The notes: generated from the sequence alone by a model not told the origin. Numbered from the whole stretch's first letter, positions 14,146 to 26,912 are shown. The stretch: 63,843 bases of DNA, filler included, from Conidiobolus incongruus B7586 (GCA_000697335.1; 20 parts of 20 records of this genome joined end to end with filler, not necessarily neighbours in it), one strand, 5' to 3'. Numbers and translations are program-made.

Positions 14146-15179
14146 AAATCTATTATATTTATTAATAATATATATTATTAAATGATAATATTTAGTTATT
14201 AATTGGTTAAAATATAGACCTTTAAATTTAACTTAAGATAAGCTATAAATTTATAGGTTTTTAATAATAAAAAAAATTAAAACTTAGTATATCTATCTTT
14301 AACTTTTCTAACTTTTTTAAGTTTGTAGGGTATAAAATTAATTAACTTTTATTATTAAAAATGGTTAATCTTGTTCTATGCTTCTTAAATATATTTTTAA
14401 AGCTAATCTAAATTTTTTGCTAGGGGGAAAACTAATAACTTTTTTTAACTAATCCTAAAGGTATTAAATTAAATTTAGATTAAAAAATTAAAAAAGTTAT
14501 TTTATAACTATTATCTTATTATTTTTTAAACTATTTAGTAATAGAAATTATAGTATAGTAAAAGGTATTATCTTATTAGAAAATAATATCAAATCTGTTT
14601 AATCTATATTATTTAATAGTTTTTTTCAATTTATTATTTAGAATACTTTAGTATATTTTAATATTAATTCCTCTATTAGCTTTATAAAAATACCTTATAT
14701 TTAAAGATAACATATATTTTTAAATAATAATTAACTTATTATTGTATTTTTAAATAAAATTAATATGATGGTTATAAAGTAATTCTATATTTATTTTAAA
14801 ATATTTAGCTTTTTTATTAAATTTACTAAAATATATTTTTATTTCATTAAACTAAATAAACTTATTCTAATTAGTTTTAATTTAATATTAATAATAATAA
14901 TTAAACTTTTACTTAACTTTATAATAGGATCTTTTTAATTAAAGGTGTTTTTTCTTAAAGTGTAAATAATATCTATATTAATATAAAACACATATAATAG
15001 TATTGGTGTTAATTAATATTCTTATATAGTTTTATAATTCTTGTTATATTTTTACAATACTATTTTATTTACCTATAGTAACTAACTTATAAATATATTT
15101 CTAATTATATTTATCTATAATTTTAATATATTTAAGTTTAAGTTTAAATATATCTTTATTGTTATTTTTAATAGCTTTA
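14146..15179 (-). mobile_element. Tc1-like family A copy (both ends in gaps)
   Basis: Reverse complement is colinear with ~3905-4935; differences are mostly transitions. Confidence 0.85.
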
Positions 15180-15279
15180 NNNNNNNNNNNNNNNNNNNNN
15201 NNNNNNNNNNNNNNNNNNNNNNNTTAATTAATTAANNNNNNNNNNNNNNNNNNNNNNNNNNNNNNNNNNNNNNNNNNNN

Positions 15280-16661
15280 ATATCTTAATCAATTCTAATT
15301 TAAATAAATTTATATTAAACTATATAATTAATATATATTCTTTATATATAATATAATATATAAAGTTAAATTTAATTAATTATTAATTGATATATTAAAA
15401 CTAAAAGTATACTTAAGGTGAGTTATAAATTTGTGGGTTTTAATATTGTTAGAAAAATTAATATCTAATATATCTACCTTTTGCTTTTCTAACTTCTTTA
15501 AGTTTATGGGGCATAGAGTCAACTAGCTTTTTATACTAGGTAAAACTAATATTATTCCAAGTTTCTTAAATATAGTTTTAAAATTGATCTAAATTTTTTG
15601 CTGGGAGGAAAGCTTTAATTGATTTTTTTAGTTGATCCCAAAGATATTCAATTAAGTTAAGATTAAAAGATTAAGGAGGCTATTTTATAATAGTTATTTT
15701 ATTATTTTTAAACCATTTGTTAGTAGAATTTATAGTATAGCAAGGTGTATTATCTTGTTGGAAAATAATATTTGATTTTTTTAATTTATACCACTCAATA
15801 GTTTTTTCAATTTATTATTTAGAATACTTTAGTATATTTTAGTATTAATTCCCCTATTAACCCTATAAAGATACCTTACACCTAAAGATAATATATATCC
15901 CTAAACTATAATCAACTCATAATTATATTTTTTAGGTTATAATAACATAATAGTCATAAAGTAATTCTTTATTTTTTTTGAAACATCTAGCTTTTCTATT
16001 AGATTTATTAAAATATATCTTTGTTTTATTGAATTAAATAACCTTACTCTAGTTAGTTTTAGTTTAACTTTAATATTGATATTTAAACTCCCACTTAACT
16101 TTACAATAGGATTTTTTTAATTAGGGGTGTTTTTTCTTAAGATATAAGTGATATCTATTTTAATGTAAAATATATATATGAATATTAATACTAACTAATA
16201 TTCCTATATAGTTTTATAATTCTTGTTATATTTCTACAGTAGTATTATATTTACCTATACTAACTAATCTATAAATATACTTTTCATCATGTTTATCTAT
16301 AATTTTAATATATTTAAATTTTAATTTAAGTGTTTTTTTAGCATTATTCTTAATAATCTTAGCTATAATAGATTAGCTAACACTAATAATTCAAGTAATC
16401 TTATGAATTGATTTATTTTTATTATAAAGTTAATTAATATATAAGTGAATTTTTTTAGAGAAAGATTTAGGCATTATAATATTAATTTTAAAATATTAGC
16501 TTAATAGTTTTATAATATATATAATATAACAAAAGAAAAGATGATATATATAAGTTTTGTAATTTATACTCTTTTAACTTATAAAACTATAAATTTATAA
16601 CTCACCTTGGTTAAATTTTAGGTTTTGATATATTAACCAATAGCTAATAAAATATAATCAA
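15280..16661 (-). mobile_element. Tc1-like family A copy, among the least mutated
   Basis: Retains the start ATG CCT AAA (CAT at 16472-16474) and ATT GAA TAT CTT TGG GAT CAA (IE-LWDQ) at ~15632-15652. Both TIR inner regions are present. Confidence 0.88.
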
Positions 16662-16761
16662 NNNNNNNNNNNNNNNNNNNNNNNNNNNNNNNNNNNNNNN
16701 NNNNNTTAATTAATTAANNNNNNNNNNNNNNNNNNNNNNNNNNNNNNNNNNNNNNNNNNNN

Positions 16762-17851
16762 AAAAAAATAATATTTTAAAATTAGTTATTTAATTTAATT
16801 ATATTCAAACTAAATAATAACTATCAAATGTTTTTTATTTTAATATTAGTAATACTTAACCATAAATTATTTAAAATCATTTAAAATTTATAAATAGCTT
16901 TTAATAATGAAATAATATTTAAATTAATAATTTATTATTAGGTATATTATTTTAAAATTAAAAGAGAAACTACTTAAAACCTATCAAAATCTAAATAACT
17001 AATTTCAACTATTACTTTTATAATTATTAATAAAGTAAAAAAATATATTAAAAAATATCTTTTTATTTTAGCTAAAAAATTATTAAAATTTTTTAATATT
17101 ACTTTTATAAGTATTTTATATATATTAAAGCTTAAATTAAAATTAATTAATAAAAATATAAAATAAGTACCTTATAATTTAACTAAAGCTCAAAAAAAAA
17201 GCTAAAATAGCTATTGCTAAATAAAACTTACTAAGATACAACTAGAAACCAAGGTTTATATAGTAAATTATTACAATTGATAAATCTTGGATTTTTTTAT
17301 ATAATCCTTTATTAAAACATAAAATAATATGTTGGATTAAGCTAAATCAACCCTCTCTATAAATTCCTTTAAATAAATACTTTATTGATAAATAAGTATT
17401 AATTATTATAATAGATTATAATAGCATGTGCTATTTTTATTTAGTTCTTAAAAGAAAATCAATTAATAATAAACTTTATATTTTTTTGAATAATATTATT
17501 TCTGATTAATACTCTTAATATAATTTAAAAAGACCTATTATTTTGCATGATAATTATAAAATACATAAATGTAAAATTATAAAAAACTTTCTGATTAAAA
17601 ATAACTAGAAAAAACTACCATATCTAGTATATTCCCTAGATTATAACCCTATGTGATTATAATTACTTTAGATAATTAAAAAACCAGCTTACAAAAAAAA
17701 ATTTATATAAGAAAATTTAATTAATTTATGAAATATCAAATTTTAGTCTTTAAAAAAAATTTTTTTTAAGTATTAGATCTTTATTAAAAATATAGCAAAA
17801 TATTATTAAAAATAAAAAAAATTATTAAATTTATATTTTATATTTATTTTT
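16762..17851 (+). mobile_element. Degenerate mariner (DD34D) copy (family B), ends in gaps
   Basis: Retains CAT GAT AAT (HDN, 17546-17554) and TGT GAT TAT (CDY, 17652-17660). Colinear with 25750-26840. Confidence 0.85.
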
Positions 17852-17951
17852 NNNNNNNNNNNNNNNNNNNNNNNNNNNNNNNNNNNNNNNNNNNNTTAAT
17901 TAATTAANNNNNNNNNNNNNNNNNNNNNNNNNNNNNNNNNNNNNNNNNNNN

Positions 17952-19080
17952 ATATTTTAAAATATAAAAAAAATAAATATATAATATAAAACTAATAATT
18001 TCTTTTATTTCTAATAACTTTCTGTTTTATTTTTAGTAAAAATCTAATATTTAAAAATAGTCTTTTTATTAAAGACTAAAATTTAATGTTTTATAAACTA
18101 ATTAAATTTTTTATAGAAATTTTTTTTCTTATAAGTTGTTTTTTAATTATTTAAAGCAATTATAAATATATAAGTTATAATCTAAGGGATATACTAGATG
18201 TAATAGTTTTTTCCAGTTATTTTTAATTAGAAAGTTTTTTATAACTTTAAATTTATGTATTTTATAATTATCATTTAAAATAATAGGTTTTTTTTATAAT
18301 ATATTGAGAATACCAATTAAAAAAAGTTCTATTTAAAAAAGATATATAAAGTTTACTATTAATTGATTTTCGTTTAAAAACTAAATAAAAATAGCATATG
18401 TTATTATAATCCATTATAATAATTAATATTTGTTTATCAATAAAGTGTTTATTTAAAGAAATTTATAAAGGGGGTTGATTTAGCTTAATCTAATATCTTG
18501 ATTTATATTTTAACAAAGGACTATACAAAAGAATCTAAAATTCATTAATTATAATAATTTATTGTAAAAGCTTTGGTTTCAAGTTATACCTTAGTAAGTT
18601 TTGTTTAGCAATAGCTATTTTAGCTTTTTTTTAATCTTTAGTTAAATTATATAACATTTATTTTATATTTTTATTATTTAATTTTAATTTAAACCTATAT
18701 ATATATAATATATTTATGTAACTAATATTAAATATCTTAATAGTTCTTTAACTAAGATATAAAGATACTTTTCAATATAATCTTTTACTTTATTAATAAT
18801 TAAAAGAATAATAGTTGAAATTAATCTTTTAGATTTTAATAGGTTTTGGGTAGTTTCTCTCTTAATCTTAATATAATTTATTTAGCAATAAATTGTTAAT
18901 TTAGATAATATTTTATTACTAAAAACTGCTTGTAAATTTTAAATGATTTTAAATGGTTTGTGGTTAAGTTTTATTAATACTAAAATTAAAAACTTTTAAT
19001 AATTATTATTTAGTTTAAGTATAATTAAATTAAAAAACTAATTTTAAAAAATTAATTTTATAATCAAAAAAATTATTATA
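17952..19080 (-). mobile_element. Degenerate mariner family B copy, left end replaced
   Basis: Reverse complement is colinear with ~25730-26860. It stops at the TA-rich tract upstream of the ORF, where Tc1 sequence begins. Confidence 0.85.
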
Positions 19081-19570
19081 TAATATAAATTAAATAAATC
19101 TAATATTATTTTTTAATAAGTTAATATCATTTATTATATTATAACTTTTATTACCAAATTACATAAAAATAACAAAATAATAATTATAAAGTAACTTCTT
19201 CAATTTTTAACTTTAACTTAATTAAATATCTTTAGGATTAGTTAAAAAAAGTTATTAAAGCTTTTCTTTTAATAAAATATTTAAATCAGTTTTAAGAATA
19301 TATTTAAGAAGTATAAAATAAGATTAACCCTTTTTAATATAAAATGTTAATTGATTTTATACCCTATAAACTTAAAAAATTAAAAAAAACTAAAGGTAGA
19401 TATATTAAGCTTTAATTTTTTATCATTAAAAACCAATAAATTTATAACTTATCTTATATAAAATTTAAAAGTTGATATTTTAACTATTTAAAAATAAAAA
19501 ATCATTGATTGATGATTTAAATAATTAATAAATATAATAAATTTTAATTATTTAATTTAAGTTTATTCTA
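19081..19570 (+). mobile_element. Tc1-like family A 3' fragment
   Basis: Colinear with ~4468-4960. Confidence 0.78.
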
Positions 19571-19691
19571 TTATTACTTTATAATTTAAATNNNNNNNNN
19601 NNNNNNNNNNNNNNNNNNNNNNNNNNNNNNNNNNNTTAATTAATTAANNNNNNNNNNNNNNNNNNNNNNNNNNNNNNNNNNNNNNNNNNNN

Positions 19692-20080
19692 AATTAAAAG
19701 TTTTTTTATTATAAAATTAATAAAATTTTAAATCTTAATAAATCATTTTAAAGTTACAAAAGATATTTAAAATAATATTTTATATATACTATAAAATTAC
19801 AAATATTCAAATAATCTCTAAATATTAATAACTATTGAAATCTTATTAAATTTCAAAATTTAATTTTAATTGATTTATGTTAATTAATTAAATAAAAAAC
19901 AACTTTTATTTCAATTAATAAATAATTATATTTTTTAAAATAGGTTATATAAATGTATTACCTATATTAAATCGTTAACTTAAATTTATTTATTAAATAT
20001 ATAATAAATTCTTTATAAATTAATTAAATTTCAAAAAAAAATAAAATAGCTATTTTCAAAATATCCAAAGTTTTATAATA
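19692..20080 (+). mobile_element. Highly decayed mariner family B fragment
   Basis: 19985-20055 resembles the WxPHNLTEAQKKARIAI-coding segment at 17140-17220. Confidence 0.4.
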
Positions 20081-20099
20081 AATTTAATTAATAGATGAA

Positions 20100-20470
20100 T
20101 TTTTAATCTATAAATAAAATAGTATTTAAATCTATATATATTTCTATATAGATTAATTAATTAAAGATTATATGATTAATTTATACTTTTATAACTAATG
20201 TAATTTTATAAATAATATTGCATTATATAATAAAATAGGTTTTATTTTTTCTCTTAATTTATATTATATCCTATTTTTTCCCTTATCATTTAAAATTCCG
20301 ATTATACTTTGTTAATTTTAAAATATTTTGATATTAACTAATATATTATAATTTTCAATGATATATCTGTATTCGAAGCTTAAATAAACTATGTTTATAT
20401 TTCCACATTATATTATTATATTTTATATCATATTATTTTATATTAAGTTTTTTTTTGAAATATATTGGTT
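20100..20470 (-). repeat. Family C ~0.39-kb non-coding repeat (putative solo LTR)
   Basis: Reverse complement aligns with 63130-63490. Confidence 0.65.
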
Positions 20471-20899
20471 TTTATCTTAATATTTATATAATTATATATT
20501 TATATATCAAAACTCAAATAAAGAAATTTGATTAAAATAAAACAATTATATTTATATATTCACTCAAATATAAATTTTATTTAAAAAAATATTTATTATA
20601 TGAATAATAAATAAAATATATAATTTTTATTAATTTAATATAAAAAGATAATTTAATAATATATTTTATTATTTTTTTAATTTATATAATTTTCAAGAAA
20701 TTATTGTTTAATATAANNNNNNNNNNNNNNNNNNNNNNNNNNNNNNNNNNNNNNNNNNNNTTAATTAATTAANNNNNNNNNNNNNNNNNNNNNNNNNNNN
20801 NNNNNNNNNNNNNNNNAATAATAAGATTAAAATATTAAAAATTAAAAAATTTCCTTTTTTTTATCTTTATAATAATTATAAATATAATAATAATAATAA

Positions 20900-21790
20900 T
20901 AATAATAAATTATAAAAAAGGCTTAATTTTAAGTAATATTATATAAATTATAATAATATAGTGTGAAAATATAAATAAAAATATAATTAAGGTTTAAATA
21001 CAAAAAACCCATTAATATATTAAAATTTATATTAGTTAGTATTAATATATTATAATATTGATAGGATATAGTCTCAATTTTAAAAATAATAAAAAAAATA
21101 ATAAATAGTGAGAATTAAAAGAAAAAAAAACCCAGTTTATCAGATAATTCAATATTATTTATAAAATTAATTTAATTATATATTGCAATATACTTGTATT
21201 TATCTAATAACTATATAAGTCTAATTATAAAATCTTAATAATAAAGGAACTCTTATCTTCCAACCATTAGATTAATAAACCCCTTTTTCTCTAAATTAAT
21301 ATAAATATCCTATCCACTTAAAATATTAACTTTAAGTAGAATATTTATATTAATTATTAATAAAACTAATTTATAATAAAGATATTATTATTATTATTAT
21401 TAAGAATAATCTTCCTTGAATAATATGGAAATAATTCTTCATTATATTTATATCTAATATAACTAACAAATTTAACCTTAACCTTCTATCATTTCCTTTA
21501 GGATTATATATGATATTTTATATTTTTTTATTTATATTAATTTTTTTTATAATATCCTAGGATTTTCAATTAGTAATAAAACTAGATTCCTATATAAGAT
21601 ATTAATAGTTATGATAGTATTTCATATATTTAATACCATAAGGGAGTACTTTTCCTAGCTCGCTAAACCTCAAATTAATTTATATTTATTTGGTCTTAAT
21701 ATCATAAAAATATAAATTAATCATATAATTTATAGTTAATTAAACTATATAGAAACATATATAAGAACTTAAAAAATAAATCTTTTAATA
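20900..21790 (+). repeat. Family C repeat interrupted by a 521-bp insertion
   Basis: 20900-21180 and 21702-21790 align contiguously with 63125-63490. Confidence 0.7.
21181..21701. mobile_element. Putative solo LTR nested in the family C repeat
   Basis: Ends TATTG...CTTAATA, equal to TGTTG...CTCAACA after transitions. 5-bp TSD TTATA/TCATA. Confidence 0.5.
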
Positions 21791-22244
21791 ATAATATTAA
21801 CAAAATACAATCAATAAATAATATTAAAATTTTTAAATATATAAAATATGATTATTTAATTTAATGCTTAAGACTGAGTATAAAAGGTTTTTATTGGTTT
21901 TATTTCAATTTAAATTTAAAATATAAAAGAAAAATCTATAAAATATAAAATAATTTTATAATAATAACTAACTTGCTGATAAAAGTAATAAAAAGAGTTA
22001 AATAATAGATGTTATTATTTAATTAATTATTAAATAATAAAGAAATACTTTAGTTGAAAGATTATAATTATCCTTATAACTATTAAAATCAAAATTAGTT
22101 AAAATAATATCAATATAACTATCATATTAGGATATTAATTAAACAAAAATAAATTCTCCCACTAGAATATAATAAAGATTTTAATATAGTTATTATTTGA
22201 TATAAAAAATACTCAAATAAGATATTTTATTATAAATAATAATA

Positions 22245-23552
22245 TTATTTTATATTTTTAATAACAGGAATTTTTTATGATTTAAAAAAATATTTTAATA
22301 TATAGTATATAAAAATAAATATATAATATAAATTTAATAGTGTTTTATATTATGAATAATTTTTTTTGATATTTTTAACAAAGATTTAACACCTAAAAAA
22401 ATTCTTTTTATTAAAGATTAAAATTTAATTTTCATAAACTAATTAAATTCTCCTATTGAAATTTTCTTTTTTATAAGCTAGTTTTTTAATACTTAAAATA
22501 ATTATAGACACCTAAGTTATAATCTAAAAAATATATTAGATATGGTAGTTTTTTCTAGTTTTTTAATTAGAAAGTTTTTTATAGCTTTAAATTTATGTAT
22601 TTTATAATTATTATGTAAAATAATAGGTTTTCTCAAATTATATTAAAAACACTAATTAAGAATACTATTATTTAAAAAAATAATATAAAGTTTATTATTA
22701 ATTGATTTTCCTTTAGGTATTAAATAAGAGTAGTATATAACATTATAATGTATTACAATAATCAATATTTATTTATTAATAAAATATTTATTTAAAAGAA
22801 ATTATAAAGGGGGTTAATTTAACATAATCTAATATTTTGATTTATGTTTTAATAAAAGATTATATATAAGGATTTTAGATTCATCAATTATAATTATTCA
22901 CTGTAAAAGTTTAAGCTTCTAGTAATATTTTAATAAGTTTTATTTAGTAATAACTACTCTAACTTTTTTTAAACTTTAATTAAATTATAAGATATTTATT
23001 CTATATTTTTATTTATTAATTTAAGTTTAAACTTTTATATATATTAAATACTTATAAAACTAATATTAAACTACTTAGATAATTCTTTAATTGAAATAAA
23101 AAGATACTTTTTAATATATTTTTTCACTCTATTAACAATTAAAAGAGTAATAGTTAAAATTAGTTATTTATATTTTAATAGGTTTTAAATAGTTTTTTCT
23201 TAACCTTAAAGTAATTTACCTAGTAATAAATTGTTGATTTAGATAATATTTTATTACTAAAAGCTGTTTGTAAAATTTAAATAATTTTAAAGGGTTTATA
23301 GTTAAGTTTTACAAATATTAAAATAAAAAACTTTTGATGATTATTAATTGATTTAAACATGATTAAATTATGATTAAATCAAACAACCAATTTTAAAAAG
23401 TTAATTTTTTAATCAAAAAAACTATTATATATATATATATTAAAAATATATAATTTCCTATTAACTTTCTATATATTTATTTATTTCAAACTAATAATAT
23501 GTTTGAAAAATCAGAAATTAAAAAATTTCCCATTACTTTAAATTCAAGGTAA
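22245..23552 (-). mobile_element. Full-length degenerate mariner family B (1308 bp)
   Basis: Both ~30-bp imperfect TIRs are present and flanked by TA (22243-22244, 23553-23554). Colinear with 25602-26912. Confidence 0.88.
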
Positions 23553-23791
23553 TAATATATCATTAAAATTATTTACCTTTTGCTCATTAGCTCAATTGGT
23601 ATTTAATATCATATTTTTAATACTTATCATATACTAATTATTTTAATGGAATTGTATTTTTTAGGTTTAAGAACTTAATTCAAAATGAGAAATTTGGTGA
23701 TCTTTCTAATATATATTTGGAAATTGGCTATAGCTGTTTTGGATAAATAATAAAAAATTTTAATAAATTGAAAATTATGTTAAAGTTATAT

Positions 23792-24110
23792 TGTGGTTAT
23801 ATAAATGGTAACCCACCGACCAACTTCATCTCGCGATCTATTATCTTATGGGGTCTTAGCCCCAAAAGGCCTATCACACCACTCTAAGCACTCATTCTTC
23901 TAGCAACCCAATACATTTTTTTAAACTATCTACAGCTGACATTTGGTCTATAAAAGATACATTATTATCATCATCTCCAACCTTTTATGTAGGGTATTAA
24001 ACCCCTAACAAACCTTAATAAAATGCTCTAACCTAAACTACCAAACAGGCCATAAACAAGCTGCTTTCTTATCTATCATTTACTTTCAACTAGTAATAGG
24101 TAGAACCACG
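23792..24110 (+). mobile_element. Solo LTR (319 bp), relatively unmutated
   Basis: TGTGGTTATA...TAGAACCACG imperfect 10-bp terminal inverted repeat and 4-bp TSD ATAT on both sides. TATAAAA at 23949, AATAAA at 24017. GC-rich relative to flanks. Confidence 0.65.
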
Positions 24111-24289
24111 ATATTGTTAAAAAAGTTATTTATTATTAATAATATTACTTTTATATTAGCCTTTTATAAATCAATAATAATATAAATTAAAATATGCCAA
24201 CTTTTTAGAATAACAAATATAAATAAAAATTGTTAATATTATCATAAAAGGAAAATATTGTAAATTTTTTAAGTTTTGGTTTTTCAAAT

Positions 24290-24507
24290 ATATTATTAGT
24301 ATAAAAAATAAAAATAAATGAGAAAAAATATAGATTTAAATTATATATATATATAATGTTTTTTAATAAAAAATTAACTTTTGTTAATTAATTGTCTAAT
24401 GCAATTATATTTATATTAAAATATATAATTATCAAATGTTTTATATTTTAATATTAATAAAATAACCATATATTTTTTAAAATCATTTAAAATTTATATA
24501 TAACTTA
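24290..24507 (+). mobile_element. Mariner family B 5' fragment
   Basis: Aligns with ~25655-25880. Confidence 0.6.
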
Positions 24508-25601
24508 NNNNNNNNNNNNNNNNNNNNNNNNNNNNNNNNNNNNNNNNNNNNTTAATTAATTAANNNNNNNNNNNNNNNNNNNNNNNNNNNNNNNNNNNNN
24601 NNNNNNNAAATTATTAAAATTTAATTAAAAAACTAACAATTATTTTTATTAATTTATTTATTATTATTTTAAATCTTATTTATATTATATTTTATTTAAA
24701 CTAAATATTATATATAATTATACCATTAAAAAACACCCTTATATTATTTTAATAATGATAATTACTTAATTACTAAATAAATTTAAGATTTTAATTGTTA
24801 AAAACTTATTGTTTTTTAAGAAACTCATATTAAATAACTTTTGGTTAAAAAAAATATAACATAAAAAGCTTTAATTCAATAAATTAATAATTTACTATAA
24901 TTAATAAATTAAATTATTTTTCTATATTTTTAAAAACAAACCAATTATTGATTATAGTTTACAAAATCTTTATAAACTTGAAAATTATTTTAAAAATATA
25001 AAAAACTATCTTAATTTAATTTTTAATTAAGATTTAAATAATATCTTTCAATTGACCATTTTTTTAAACAAAATCTACTTATATTTAAAAATTAACTTAT
25101 TTTAAACTTAACCTTAAAAAATTTTTAAAGGGATAATTTAATACAAAAAGATAAACTTTTAGATAATTAGAAAAAACCTTTAAAAAAGATATTAGTTAAG
25201 AAATTAAGTTAGATTAACAAAAAAAACTTTTTTAACTTAAATAAAAAATTTTTATAAAATAACTTATTAAAAGATTTAATGAAATATATTTAAATATATA
25301 AAATATTATTAAAGAAAAATAAGTTTATTAGATATTATAAAGCTTTAATTTTAAAATAAAGTTTTAACTAATTAATAAAGATTATTATAATAATATATTT
25401 TTTGATATTTATAAAATAATATTTATAATTAATGATATTTTTTACTCTATAATTATATTTTCCTATTTAAAGAATTAAACTTTTATAATTTATTTTATTT
25501 AAATTTTAAATGATAAATATTTTTACTTTAAGATTTTATAAGAAAATATTTAGTAAATAAGTTAAAACTTATTTAAAAATAAATAAAAAATATGATTATT
25601 A

Positions 25602-26912
25602 TTACCTTGAATTTGAAATAATGGGAAATTTTTGTATTTTTTATTTTTCAAACATATTATTAGTTTGAAATAAATAAATATATACAAAGTTAATAGGAAA
25701 TTATATATTTTTAAAATATATATATAAATAATAAATTTTTTGATTAAAAAATTAACTTTTTGAAATTGGTTGTTTAATTTAAATATGCTTAAACTAAATA
25801 ATAATCATTAAAAATCTTATATTTTAGTATCAGTAAAACTTAGCTATAAATCCTCTAAAATTATTTAAAATTTACAAACAGCTTTTAGTAATGTAATATT
25901 ATCTAAATTAATAATTTACTGCTAGGTAAATCACTTTAAAGCTAAGAGAGAAATTATCTAAAATTTGTTAAAATCTAGAAAACTAATTTTAACTATTATT
26001 TTTTTAATTGTTAATAGAGTGAAAGAATATATTGAAAAATACCTTTTTATTTTAGTTAAAGAATTATCTACATACTTTAATATTAGTTTTATAAGTATTA
26101 TATATATATTAAAATGAAAACCCAAATTAATAAATAAAAATATAAAATAGATACCTTATAATTTAACTAAAGCTTAAAAGAAGCTAGAATAGTTATTATT
26201 AAACAAAACTTACTATAATATTATTAGAAGCTTAAACTTTTAATATGAATAATTACAATTGATGAATCTTAAATCTTTATATATAATCCTTTACTAAAAC
26301 ATAAATCAAGATGTTAAATTAAGTTAAATCAACCCCCTCTACAAATCTCTTTAAATAAATATTTTATTAATAAGCAAATATTAATTATTGTAATAGATTA
26401 TAATGGTATATACTATTTTTATTTAATTCCTGAAGGAAAATCAATTAATGGTAAACTTTATATTGTTTTTGTAAATAAAAGTATTTTTAATTGGTGTTCT
26501 TAATATAATTTGAGAAAACTTATTATTTTGCATAATAATTACAAAATATATAAATTTAAAGCTATAAAAAACTTTCTAATTAAAAATAACTGGAAAAAAC
26601 TACCACCTTTAGTATACTCCCTAGATTATAACTTATGTAATTATAATTGCTTTAGGTAATCAAAAAACCAGCTTACAAGAAAGAAAATTTCTACAAAAAA
26701 ATTTAATTAGTTTGTAAAATATCAAATTTTAGTTTTTATTAAAAAGAACTGTTTTTTAAGTATTAGAACTTTGCTAAAAATATAGCAAAAAGTTATTAAT
26801 AATAAAAGAGACTATTAAATTTATATTATATATTTATTTTTATATATTTTATATTAAAATGTTTATTTATTTTAAATTACAAAAAATTCCCATTATTAAA
26901 AATATAGAGTAA
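25602..26912 (+). mobile_element. Full-length degenerate mariner (DD34D) transposon, 1311 bp (family B reference copy)
   Basis: TA|TTACCTTGAATTTGAAATAATGGGAA ... TTCCCATTATTAAAAATATAGAGTAA|TA. Relic ORF ATG 25785 to TAA 26818 (~344 codons). Reconstructed motifs: TIYRWVNHFKAGRE..EDLPRSGRP, WIPHNL (26148), TIDESW (D 26261), LHDN (D 26534), YSPDYNPCDY (D 26639, 34 codons after the second D), WQKVID..GDY*. Confidence 0.9.

Noticed and set aside
3791..26818. Alternative genetic code (stop-codon reassignment) explaining in-frame TAA/TAG in transposases
   Set aside because: The stops replace both Trp and Gln and differ between copies. Host genes have no internal stops and end in TAA or TGA.
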